64,000 nucleotides of DNA, taken from assembly GCF_009914755.1 (NCBI RefSeq), contig NC_060925.1; one strand, written 5' to 3'. This document shows positions 14,201 through 29,200 of the stretch, piece by piece (within the stretch, counting starts at the first letter, position 1; the number at the start of each line of letters is the position of its first letter). Made by a program: the position numbers and the translations under genes. The notes beneath the pieces were generated by a model. That model had not been told where the DNA came from, did not search any database, and saw only the letters and a program-made list of their open reading frames with translations. The DNA comes from the human T2T-CHM13v2.0 reference genome, Homo sapiens.

Positions 14201-17200
14201 GTCATCGAATGAATTGACTGCAATCATCGAATGGTCTCGAATGGAATCATCTTCAAATGGAATGGAATGGAATCATCGCATAGAATCGAATGGAATTATC
14301 ATCGAATGGAATCGAATGGAATCAACATCAAACGGAAAAAAACGGAATTATCGAATGGAATCGAAGAGAATCATCGAATGGACCCGAATGGAATCATCTA
14401 ATGGAATGGAATGGAATAATCCATGGACTCGAATGCAATCATCATCGAATGGAATCGAATGGAATCATCGAATGGACTCGAATGGAATAATCATTGAACG
14501 GAATCGAATGGAATCATCATCGGATGGAAATGAAAGGAGTCATCATCTAATGGAATTGCATGGAATCATCATAAAATGGAATCGAATGGAATCAACATCA
14601 AATGGAATCAAATGGAATCATTGAACGGAATTGAATGGAATCGTCATCGAATGAATTGAATGCAATCATCGAATGGTCTCGAATGGAATCATCTTCAAAT
14701 GGAATGGAATGGAATCATCGCATAGAATCGAATGGAATTATCATCGAATGGAATCGAATGGAATCAACATCAAACGGAAAAAAACGGAATTATCGAATGG
14801 AATCGAAGAGAATCATCGAATGGACCCGAATGGAATCATCTAATGGAATGGAATGGAATAATCCATGGACTCGAATGCAATCATCATCGAATGGAATCAA
14901 ATGGAATCATCGAATGGACTCGAATGGAATAATCATTGAACGGAATCGAATGGAATCATCATCGGATGGAAATGAATGGAATCATCATCGAATGGAATCG
15001 AATAGAATTATGGAATGAAATCCAGTGTGATCATCATCGAATGGACCCAAATGGAATCATCATCCAACGGATGCTAATGGAATCAACATCGAATGAATCA
15101 AATGGAAACACCATCGAATTGAAACGAATGGAATTACCATGAAATTGAAATGGATGGACTCATCATCGAATGTATTCGAAAGGAATCATCGAATAAAATT
15201 GATTGAAATCATCATCGAATGGAATCGAATGGTATCATTGAATGGAATCGAATGGAATCATCATCAGATGGAAATGAATGGAATCGTCATAGAATGGAAT
15301 CGAATGGATTCATTGAATGGAATCAGATGGAATCATCGAATGGACTGGAATGGAATCATTGAATGGACTCGAAAGAGATCATGATTGAATGGAATTGAAT
15401 GGAATCATCGAATGGTCTCGATTTGAATCATTATCAAATGGAATCGAATGGAATCACCGAATAGAATCGAATGGAACAATCATCGAATGGACTCAAATGG
15501 AATTATCCTCCAATGGAATCGAATGGAATTATCGAATGCAATCGAATGGAATTATCGAATGCAATCGAATAGAATCATCGAATGGACTCGAATGGAATCA
15601 TCGAATGGAATGGAATGGAACAGTCAATGAACTCGAATGGAATCATCATTGAATGGAATCGAATGGAATCATCGAGTGGAATCGAATGGAATTATGATCA
15701 AATGGAATCGAATGTAATCATCATCAAATGGAATCAAAAATAACCATCATCAATTGGTATTGAATGGAATTGTCATCAAATGGAATTCAAAGGAAACATC
15801 ATCAAATGGAACCGAATGGAATCCTCATTGAATGGAAATGAAAGGGGTCATCATCTAATGGAATCGCATGGAATCATCATCAAATGGAATCGAATGGAAT
15901 CATCATCAAATGAAATCTAATGGAATCATTGAACAGAATTGAATGGAATCGTCATCGAATGAATTGAATGCAATCATCGAATGGTCTCGAATGGAACCAT
16001 CTTCTAATGGAAAGGAATGGAATCATCGCATAGAATCGAATGGAATTGTCATCGAATGGAATCGAATGGTATCAACACCAAACGGAAAAAAACGGAATTA
16101 TCGAATGGAATCGAAGAGAATCTTCGAACGGACCCGAATGGAATCATCTAATGGAATGGAATGGAATAATCCATGGACTCGAATGCAATCATCATCGAAT
16201 GGAATCGAATGGAATCATCGAATGGACTCGAATGAAATAATCATTGAACGGAATCGAATGGAATCATCATCGGATGGAAACGAATGGAATCATCATCGAA
16301 TGGAAATGAAAGGAGTCATCATCTAATGGAATTGCATGGAATCATCATAAAATGGAATCGAATGGAATCAACATCAAATGGAATCAAATGGAATCATTGA
16401 ACGGAATTGAATGGAATCGTCATCGAATGAATTGAATGCAATCATCGAATGGTCTCGAATGGAATCATCTTCAAATGGAATGGAATGGAATCATCACATA
16501 GAATCGAATGGAATTATCATCGAATGGAATCGAATGGAATCAACATCAAACGGAAAAAAACGGAATTATCGAATGGAATCGAAGAGAATCATCGAATGGA
16601 CCCGAATGGAATCATCTAATGGAATGGAATGGAATAATCCATGGACTCGAATGCAATCATCATCGAATGGAATCGAATGGAATCATCCAATGGACTCGAA
16701 TGGAATAATCATTGAACGGAATCGAATGGAATCATCATCGTATGGAAATGAATGGAATCATCATCGAATGGAATCGAATAGAATTATGGAATGAAATCCA
16801 GTGTGATCATCATCGAATGGACCCGAATGGAATCATCATCCAACGGATGCTAATGGAATCAACATCGAATGAATCAAATGGAAACACCATCGAATTGAAA
16901 CGAATGGAATTACCATGAAATTGAAATGGATGGACTCATCATCGAATGGATTTGAAAGGAATCATCGAATAAAATTGATTGAAATCATCATCGAATGGAA
17001 TCGAATGGTATCATTGAATGGAATCGAATGGAATCATCATCAGATGGAAATGAATGGAATCGTCATAGAATGGAATCGAATGGATTCATTGAATGGAATC
17101 AGATGGAATCATCGAATGGACTGGAATGGAATCATTGAATGGACTCGAGAGAGATCATTATTGAATGGAATTGAATGGAATCATGGAATGGTCTCGATTG

Positions 17201-20200
17201 GAATCATTATCAAATGGAATCGAATGGAATCACCGAATAGAATCGAATGGAACAATCATCGAATGGACTCCAATGGAATTATCCTCAAATGGAATCGAAT
17301 GGAATTATCGAATGCAATCGAATGGAATTATCGAATGCAATCGAATAGAATCATCGAATGGACTCGAATGGAATCATCGAATGGAATGGAATGGAACAGT
17401 CAATGAACTCGAATGGAATCATCATTGAATGGAATCGAATGGAATCATCGAGTGGAATCGAATGGAATTATGATCAAATGGAATCGAATGTAATCATCAT
17501 CAAATGGAATCAAAAATAACCATCATCAATTGGTATTGAATGGAATTGTCATCAAATGGAATTCAAAGGAAACATCATCAAATGGAACCGAATGGAATCC
17601 TCATTGAATGGAAATGAAAGGGGTCATCATCTAATGGAATCGCATGGAATCATCATCAAATGGAATCGAATGGAATCATCATCAAATGGAATCTAATGGA
17701 ATCATTGAACAGAATTGAATGGAATCGTCATCGAATGAATTGAATGCAATCATCGAATGGTCTCGAATGGAACCATCTTCTAATGGAAAGGAATGGAATC
17801 ATCGCATAGAATCGAATGGAATTATCATCGAATGGAATCGAATGGTATCAACACCAAACGGAAAAAAACGGAATTATCGAATGGAATCGAAGAGAATCTT
17901 CGAACGGACCCGAATGGAATCATCTAATGGAATGGAATGGAATAATCCATGGACTCGAATGCAATCATCATCGAATGGAATCGAATGGAATCATCGAATG
18001 GACTCGAATGGAATAATCATTGAACGGAATCGAATGGAATCATCATCGGATGGAAACGAATGGAATCATCATCGAATGGAAATGAAAGGAGTCATCATCT
18101 AATGGAATTGCATGGAATCATCATAAAATGGAATCGAATGGAATCAACATCAAATTGAATCAAATGGAATCATTGAACGGAATTGAATGGAATCGTCATC
18201 GAATAAATTGAATGCAATCATCGAATGGTCTCGAATGGAATCATCTTCAAATGGAATGGAATGGAATCATCGCATAGAATCGAATGGAATTATCATCGAA
18301 TGGAATCGAATGGAATCAACATCAAACGGAAAAAAACGGAATTATCGAATGGAATCGAAGAGAATCATCGAATGGAACCGAATGGAATCATCTAATGGAA
18401 TGGAATGGAATAATCCATGGACTCGAATGCAATCATCATCGAATGGAATCGAATGGAATCATCGAATGGACTCGAATGGAATAATCATTGAACAGAATCG
18501 AATGGAATCATCATCGGATGGAAATGAAAGGAGTCATCATCTAATGGAATTGCATGGAATCATCATAAAATGGAATCGAATGGAATCAACATCAAATGGA
18601 ATCAAATGGAATCATTGAACGGAATTGAATGGAATCGTCATCGAATGAATTGAATGCAATCATCGAATGGTCTCGAATGGAATCATCTTCAAATGGAATG
18701 GAATGGAATCATCGCATAGAATCGAATGGAATTATCATCGAATGGAATCGAATGGAATCAACATCAAACGGAAAAAAACGGAATTATCGAATGGAATCGA
18801 AGAGAATCATCGAATGGACCCGAATGGAATCATCTAATGGAATGGAATGGAATAATCCATGGACTCGAATGCAATCATCATCGAATGGAATCGAATGGAA
18901 TCATCGAATGGACTCGAATGGAATAATCATTGAACGGAATCGAATGGAATCATCATCGGATGGAAATGAATGGAATCATCATCGAATGGAATCGAATAGA
19001 ATTATGGAATGAAATCCAGTGTGATCATCATCGAATGGACCCGAATGGAATCATCATCCAACGGATGCTAATGGAATCAACATCGAATGAATCAAATGGA
19101 AACACCATCGAATTGAAACGAATGGAATTACCATGAAATTGAAATGGATGGACTCATCATCGAATGTATTCGAAAGGAATCATCGAATAAAATTGATTGA
19201 AATCATCATCGAATGGAATCGAATGGTATCATTGAATGGAATCGAATGGAATCATCATCAGATGGAAATGAATGGAATCGTCATAGAATGGAATCGAATG
19301 GATTCATTGAATGGAATCAGATGGAATCATCGAATGGACTGGAATGGAATCATTGAATGGACTCGAAAGAGATCATGATTGAATGGAATTGAATGGAATC
19401 ATCGAATGGTCTCGATTGGAATCATTATCAAATGGAATCGAATGGAATCACCGAATAGAATCGAATGGAACAATCATCGAATGGACTCAAATGGAATTAT
19501 CCTCCAATGGAATCGAATGGAATTATCGAATGCAATCGAATGGAATTATCGAATGCAATCGAATAGAATCATCGAATGGACTCGAATGGAATCATCGAAT
19601 GGAATGGAATGGAACAGTCAATGAACTCGAATGGAATCATCATTGAATGGAATCGAATGGAATCATCGAGTGGAATCGAATGGAATTATGATCAAATGGA
19701 ATCGAATGTAATCATCATCAAATGGAATCAAAAATAACCATCATCAATTGGTATTGAATGGAATTGTCATCAAATGGAATTCAAAGGAAACATCATCAAA
19801 TGGAACCGAATGGAATCCTCATTGAATGGAAATGAAAGGGGTCATCATCTAATGGAATCGCATGGAATCATCATAAAATGGAATCGAATGGAATCATCAT
19901 GAAATGGAATCTAATGGAATCATTGAACAGAATTGAATGGAATCGTCATCGAATGAATTGAATGCAATCATCGAATGGTCTCGAATGGAACCATCTTCTA
20001 ATGGAAAGGAATGGAATCATCGCATAGAATCGAATGGAATTATCATCGAATGGAATCGAATGGTATCAACACCAAACGGAAAAAAACGGAATTATCGAAT
20101 GGAATCGAAGAGAATCTTCGAACGGACCCGAATGGAATCATCTAATGGAATGGAATGGAATAATCCATGGACTCGAATGCAATCATCATCGAATGGAATC

Positions 20201-23200
20201 GAATGGAATCATCGAATGGACTCGAATGGAATAATCATTGAACGGAATCGAATGGAATCATCATCGGATGGAAACGAATGGAATCATCATCGAATGGAAA
20301 TGAAAGGAGTCATCATCTAATAGAATTGCATGGAATCATCATAAAATGGAATCGAATGGAATCAACATCAAATGGAATCAAATGGAATCATTGAACGGAA
20401 TTGAATGGAATCGTCATCGAATGAATTGACTGCAATCATCGAATGGTCTCGAATGGAATCATCTTCAAATGGAATGGAATGGAATCATCGCATAGAATCG
20501 AATGGAATTATCATCGAATGGAATCGAATGGAATCAACATCAAACGGAAAAAAACGGAATTATCGAATGGAATCGAAGAGAATCATCGAATGGACCCGAA
20601 TGGAATCATCTAATGGAATGGAATGGAATAATCCATGGACTCGAATGCAATCATCATCGAATGGAATCGAATGGAATCATCGAATGGACTCGAATGGAAT
20701 AATCATTGAACGGAATCGAATGGAATCATCATCGGATGGAAATGAAAGGAGTCATCATCTAATGGAATTGCATGGAATCATCATAAAATGGAATCGAATG
20801 GAATCAACATCAAATGGAATCAAATGGAATCATTGAACGGAATTGAATGGAATCGTCATCGAATGAATTGAATGCAATCATCGAATGGTCTCGAATGGAA
20901 TCATCTTCAAATGGAATGGAATGGAATCATCGCATAGAATCGAATGGAATTATCATCGAATGGAATCGAATGGAATCAACATCAAACGGAAAAAAACGGA
21001 ATTATCGAATGGAATCGAAGAGAATCATCGAATGGACCCGAATGGAATCATCTAATGGAATGGAATGGAATAATCCATGGACTCGAATGCAATCATCATC
21101 GAATGGAATCAAATGGAATCATCGAATGGACTCGAATGGAATAATCATTGAACGGAATCGAATGGAATCATCATCGGATGGAAATGAATGGAATCATCAT
21201 CGAATGGAATCGAATAGAATTATGGAATGAAATCCAGTGTGATCATCATCGAATGGACCCGAATGGAATCATCATCCAACGGATGCTAATGGAATCAACA
21301 TCGAATGAATCAAATGGAAACACCATCGAATTGAAACGAATGGAATTACCATGAAATTGAAATGGATGGACTCATCATCGAATGTATTCGAAAGGAATCA
21401 TCGAATAAAATTGATTGAAATCATCATCGAATGGAATCGAATGGTATCATTGAATGGAATCGAATGGAATCATCATCAGATGGAAATGAATGGAATCGTC
21501 ATAGAATGGAATCGAATGGATTCATTGAATGGAATCAGATGGAATCATCGAATGGACTGGAATGGAATCATTGAATGGACTCGAAAGAGATCATGATTGA
21601 ATGGAATTGAATGGAATCATCGAATGGTCTCGATTTGAATCATTATCAAATGGAATCGAATGGAATCACCGAATAGAATCGAATGGAACAATCATCGAAT
21701 GGACTCAAATGGAATTATCCTCCAATGGAATCGAATGGAATTATCGAATGCAATCGAATGGAATTATCGAATGCAATCGAATAGAATCATCGAATGGACT
21801 CGAATGGAATCATCGAATGGAATGGAATGGAACAGTCAATGAACTCGAATGGAATCATCATTGAATGGAATCGAATGGAATCATCGAGTGGAATCGAATG
21901 GAATTATGATCAAATGGAATCGAATGTAATCATCATCAAATGGAATCAAAAATAACCATCATCAATTGGTATTGAATGGAATTGTCATCAAATGGAATTC
22001 AAAGGAAACATCATCAAATGGAACCGAATGGAATCCTCATTGAATGGAAATGAAAGGGGTCATCATCTAATGGAATCGCATGGAATCATCATCAAATGGA
22101 ATCGAATGGAATCATCATCAAATGAAATCTAATGGAATCATTGAACAGAATTGAATGGAATCGTCATCGAATGAATTGAATGCAATCATCGAATGGTCTC
22201 GAATGGAACCATCTTCTAATGGAAAGGAATGGAATCATCGCATAGAATCGAATGGAATTGTCATCGAATGGAATCGAATGGTATCAACACCAAACGGAAA
22301 AAAACGGAATTATCGAATGGAATCGAAGAGAATCTTCGAACGGACCCGAATGGAATCATCTAATGGAATGGAATGGAATAATCCATGGACTCGAATGCAA
22401 TCATCATCGAATGGAATCGAATGGAATCATCGAATGGACTCGAATGAAATAATCATTGAACGGAATCGAATGGAATCATCATCGGATGGAAACGAATGGA
22501 ATCATCATCGAATGGAAATGAAAGGAGTCATCATCTAATGGAATTGCATGGAATCATCATAAAATGGAATCGAATGGAATCAACATCAAATGGAATCAAA
22601 TGGAATCATTGAACGGAATTGAATGGAATCGTCATCGAATGAATTGAATGCAATCATCGAATGGTCTCGAATGGAATCATCTTCAAATGGAATGGAATGG
22701 AATCATCACATAGAATCGAATGGAATTATCATCGAATGGAATCGAATGGAATCAACATCAAACGGAAAAAAACGGAATTATCGAATGGAATCGAAGAGAA
22801 TCATCGAATGGACCCGAATGGAATCATCTAATGGAATGGAATGGAATAATCCATGGACTCGAATGCAATCATCATCGAATGGAATCGAATGGAATCATCC
22901 AATGGACTCGAATGGAATAATCATTGAACGGAATCGAATGGAATCATCATCGTATGGAAATGAATGGAATCATCATCGAATGGAATCGAATAGAATTATG
23001 GAATGAAATCCAGTGTGATCATCATCGAATGGACCCGAATGGAATCATCATCCAACGGATGCTAATGGAATCAACATCGAATGAATCAAATGGAAACACC
23101 ATCGAATTGAAACGAATGGAATTACCATGAAATTGAAATGGATGGACTCATCATCGAATGGATTTGAAAGGAATCATCGAATAAAATTGATTGAAATCAT

Positions 23201-26200
23201 CATCGAATGGAATCGAATGGTATCATTGAATGGAATCGAATGGAATCATCATCAGATGGAAATGAATGGAATCGTCATAGAATGGAATCGAATGGATTCA
23301 TTGAATGGAATCAGATGGAATCATCGAATGGACTGGAATGGAATCATTGAATGGACTCGAAAGAGATCATGATTGAATGGAATTGAATGGAATCATCGAA
23401 TGGTCTCGATTGGAATCATTATCAAATGGAATCGAATGGAATCACCGAATAGAATCGAATGGAACAATCATCGAATGGACTCAAATGGAATTATCCTCCA
23501 ATGGAATCGAATGGAATTATCGAATGCAATCGAATGGAATTATCGAATGCAATCGAATAGAATCATCGAATGGACTCGAATGGAATCATCGAATGGAATG
23601 GAATGGAACAGTCAATGAACTCGAATGGAATCATCATTGAATGGAATCGAATGGAATCATCGAGTGGAATCGAATGGAATTATGATCAAATGGAATCGAA
23701 TGTAATCATCATCAAATGGAATCAAAAATAACCATCATCAATTGGTATTGAATGGAATTGTCATCAAATGGAATTCAAAGGAAACATCATCAAATGGAAC
23801 CGAATGGAATCCTCATTGAATGGAAATGAAAGGGGTCATCATCTAATGGAATCGCATGGAATCATCATCAAATGGAATCGAATGGAATCATCATCAAATG
23901 GAATCTAATGGAATCATTGAACAGAATTGAATGGAATCGTCATCGAATGAATTGAATGCAATCATCGAATGGTCTCGAATGGAACCATCTTCTAATGGAA
24001 AGGAATGGAATCATCGCATAGAATCGAATGGAATTATCATCGAATGGAATCGAATGGTATCAACACCAAACGGAAAAAAACGGAATTATCGAATGGAATC
24101 GAAGAGAATCTTCGAACGGACCCGAATGGAATCATCTAATGGAATGGAATGGAATAATCCATGGACTCGAATGCAATGATCATCGAATGGAATCGAATGG
24201 AATCATCGAATGGACTCGAATGAAATAATCATTGAACGGAATCGAATGGAATCATCATCGGATGGAAATGAAAGGAGTCATCATCTAATGGAATTGCATG
24301 GAATCATCATAAAATGGAATCGAATGGAATCAACATCAAATGGAATCAAATGGAATCATTGAACGGAATTGAATGGAATCGTCATCGAATGAATTGAATG
24401 CAATCATCGAATGGTCTCGAATGGAATCATCTTCAAATGGAATGGAATGGAATCATCGCATAGAATCGAATGGAATTATCATCGAATGGAATCGAATGGA
24501 ATCAACATCAAACGGAAAAAAACGGAATTATCGAATGGAATCGAAGAGAATCATCGAATGGACCCGAATGGAATCATCTAATGGAATGGAATGGAATAAT
24601 CCATGGACTCGAATGCAATCATCATCGAATGGAATCGAATGGAATCATCCAATGGACTCGAATGGAATAATCATTGAACGGAATCGAATGGAATCAACAT
24701 CGGATGGAAATGAATGGAATCATCATCGAATGGAATCGAATAGAATTATGGAATGAAATCCAGTGTGATCATCATCGAATGGACCCGAAAGGAATCATCA
24801 TCCAACGGATGCTAATGGAATCAACATCGAATGAATCAAATGGAAACACCATCGAATTGAAACGAATGGAATTACCATGAAATTGAAATGGATGGACTCA
24901 TCATCGAATGGATTTGAAAGGAATCATCGAATAAAATTGATTGAAATCATCATCGAATGGAATCGAATGGTATCATTGAATGGAATCGAATGGAATCATC
25001 ATCAGATGGAAATGAATGGAATCGTCATAGAATGGAATCGAATGGATTCATTGAATGGAATCAGATGGAATCATCGAATGGACTGGAATGGAATCATTGA
25101 ATGGACTCGAAAGAGATCATGATTGAATGGAATTGAATGGAATCATCGAATGGTCTCGATTGGAATCATTATCAAATGGAATCGAATGGAATCACCGAAT
25201 AGAATCGAATGGAACAATCATCGAATGGACTCAAATGGAATTATCCTCCAATGGAATCGAATGGAATTATCGAATGCAATCGAATGGAATTATCGAATGC
25301 AATCGAATAGAATCATCGAATGGACTCGAATGGAATCATCGAATGGAATGGAATGGAACAGTCAATGAACTCGAATGGAATCATCATTGAATGGAATCGA
25401 ATGGAATCATCGAGTGGAATCGAATGGAATTATGATCAAATGGAATCGAATGTAATCATCATCAAATGGAATCAAAAATAACCATCATCAATTGGTATTG
25501 AATGGAATTGTCATCAAATGGAATTCAAAGGAAACATCATCAAATGGAACCGAATGGAATCCTCATTGAATGGAAATGAAAGGGGTCATCATCTAATGGA
25601 ATCGCATGGAATCATCATCAAATGGAATCGAATGGAATCATCATCAAATGGAATCTAATGGAATCATTGAACAGAATTGAATGGAATCGTCATCGAATGA
25701 ATTGAATGCAATCATCGAATGGTCTCGAATGGAACCATCTTCTAATGGAAAGGAATGGAATCATCGCATAGAATCGAATGGAATTATCATCGAATGGAAT
25801 CGAATGGTATCAACACCAAACGGAAAAAAACGGAATTATCGAATGGAATCGAAGAGAATCTTCAAACGGACCCGAATGGAATCATCTAATGGAATGGAAT
25901 GGAATAATCCATGGACTCGAATGCAATGATCATCGAATGGAATCGAATGGAATCATCGAATGGACTCGAATGAAATAATCATTGAACGGAATCGAATGGA
26001 ATCATCATCGGATGGAAATGAAAGGAGTCATCATCTAATGGAATTGCATGGAATCATCATAAAATGGAATCGAATGGAATCAACATCAAATGGAATCAAA
26101 TGGAATCATTGAACGGAATTGAATGGAATCGTCATCGAATGAATTGAATGCAATCATCGAATGGTCTCGAATGGAATCATCTTCAAATGGAATGGAATGG

Positions 26201-29200
26201 AATCATCGCATAGAATCGAATGGAATTATCATCGAATGGAATCGAATGGAATCAACATCAAACGGAAAAAAACGGAATTATCGAATGGAATCGAAGAGAA
26301 TCATCGAATGGACCCGAATGGAATCATCTAATGGAATGGAATGGAATAATCCATGGACTCGAATGCAATCATCATCGAATGGAATCAAATGGAATCATCG
26401 AATGGACTCGAATGGAATAATCATTGAGCGGAATCGAATGGAATCATCATCGGATGGAAATGAATGGAATCATCATCGAATGGAATCGAATAGAATTATG
26501 GAATGAAATCCAGTGTGATCATCATCGAATGGACCCGAATGGAATCATCATCCAACGGATGCTAATGGAATCAACATCGAATGAATCAAATGGAAACACC
26601 ATCGAATTGAAACGAATGGAATTACCATGAAATTGAAATGGATGGACTCATCATCGAATGTATTCGAAAGGAATCATCGAATAAAATTGATTGAAATCAT
26701 CATCGAATGGAATCGAATGGTATCATTGAATGGAATCGAATGGAATCATCATCAGATGGAAATGAATGGAATCGTCATAGAATGGAATCGAATGGATTCA
26801 TTGAATGGAATCAGATGGAATCATCGAATGGACTGGAATGGAATCATTGAATGGACTCGAAAGAGATCATGATTGAATGGAATTGAATGGAATCATCGAA
26901 TGGTCTCGATTGGAATCATTATCAAATGGAATCGAATGGAATCACCGAATAGAATCGAATGGAACAATCATCGAATGGACTCAAATGGAATTATCCTCCA
27001 ATGGAATCGAATGGAATTATCGAATGCAATCGAATGGAATTATCGAATGCAATCGAATAGAATCATCGAATGGACTCGAATGGAATCATCGAATGGAATG
27101 GAATGGAACAGTCAATGAACTCGAATGGAATCATCATTGAATGGAATCGAATGGAATCATCGAGTGGAATCGAATGGAATTATGATCAAATGGAATCGAA
27201 TGTAATCATCATCAAATGGAATCAAAAATAACCATCATCAATTGGTATTGAATGGAATTGTCATCAAATGGAATTCAAAGGAAACATCATCAAATGGAAC
27301 CGAATGGAATCCTCATTGAATGGAAATGAAAGGGGTCATCATCTAATGGAATCGCATGGAATCATCATAAAATGGAATCGAATGGAATCATCATGAAATG
27401 GAATCTAATGGAATCATTGAACAGAATTGAATGGAATCGTCATCGAATGAATTGAATGCAATCATCGAATGGTCTCGAATGGAACCATCTTCTAATGGAA
27501 AGGAATGGAATCATCGCATAGAATCGAATGGAATTATCATCGAATGGAATCGAATGGTATCAACACCAAACGGAAAAAAACGGAATTATCGAATGGAATC
27601 GAAGAGAATCTTCGAACGGACCCGAATGGAATCATCTAATGGGATGGAATGGAATAATCCATGGACTCGAATGCAATCATCATCGAATGGAATCGAATGG
27701 AATCATCGAATGGACTCGAATGGAATAATCATTGAACGGAATCGAATGGAATCATCATCGGATGGAAACGAATGGAATCATCATCGAATGGAAATGAAAG
27801 GAGTCATCATCTAATAGAATTGCATGGAATCATCATAAAATGGAATCGAATGGAATCAACATCAAATGGAATCAAATGGAATCATTGAACGGAATTGAAT
27901 GGAATCGTCATCGAATGAATTGACTGCAATCATCGAATGGTCTCGAATGGAATCATCTTCAAATGGAATGGAATGGAATCATCGCATAGAATCGAATGGA
28001 ATTATCATCGAATGGAATCGAATGGAATCAACATCAAACGGAAAAAAACGGAATTATCGAATGGAATCGAAGAGAATCATCGAATGGACCCGAATGGAAT
28101 CATCTAATGGAATGGAATGGAATAATCCATGGACTCGAATGCAATCATCATCGAATGGAATCGAATGGAATCATCGAATGGACTCGAATGGAATAATCAT
28201 TGAACGGAATCGAATGGAATCATCATCGGATGGAAATGAAAGGAGTCATCATCTAATGGAATTGCATGGAATCATCATAAAATGGAATCGAATGGAATCA
28301 ACATCAAATGGAATCAAATGGAATCATTGAACGGAATTGAATGGAATCGTCATCGAATGAATTGAATGCAATCATCGAATGGTCTCGAATGGAATCATCT
28401 TCAAATGGAATGGAATGGAATCATCGCATAGAATCGAATGGAATTATCATCGAATGGAATCGAATGGAATCAACATCAAACGGAAAAAAACGGAATTATC
28501 GAATGGAATCGAAGAGAATCATCGAATGGACCCGAATGGAATCATCTAATGGAATGGAATGGAATAATCCATGGACTCGAATGCAATCATCATCGAATGG
28601 AATCAAATGGAATCATCGAATGGACTCGAATGGAATAATCATTGAACGGAATCGAATGGAATCATCATCGGATGGAAATGAATGGAATCATCATCGAATG
28701 GAATCGAATAGAATTATGGAATGAAATCCAGTGTGATCATCATCGAATGGACCCGAATGGAATCATCATCCAACGGATGCTAATGGAATCAACATCGAAT
28801 GAATCAAATGGAAACACCATCGAATTGAAACGAATGGAATTACCATGAAATTGAAATGGATGGACTCATCATCGAATGTATTCGAAAGGAATCATCGAAT
28901 AAAATTGATTGAAATCATCATCGAATGGAATCGAATGGTATCATTGAATGGAATCGAATGGAATCATCATCAGATGGAAATGAATGGAATCGTCATAGAA
29001 TGGAATCGAATGGATTCATTGAATGGAATCAGATGGAATCATCGAATGGACTGGAATGGAATCATTGAATGGACTCGAAAGAGATCATGATTGAATGGAA
29101 TTGAATGGAATCATCGAATGGTCTCGATTGGAATCATTATCAAATGGAATCGAATGGAATCACCGAATAGAATCGAATGGAACAATCATCGAATGGACTC

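Noticed and set aside
16915-17406. Longer 163-aa ORF (also at 53347, 55123, 56899, 60451)
   Set aside because: It results from a single TGA/TTA polymorphism joining two satellite ORFs. Useful as a lineage marker, not evidence of coding.
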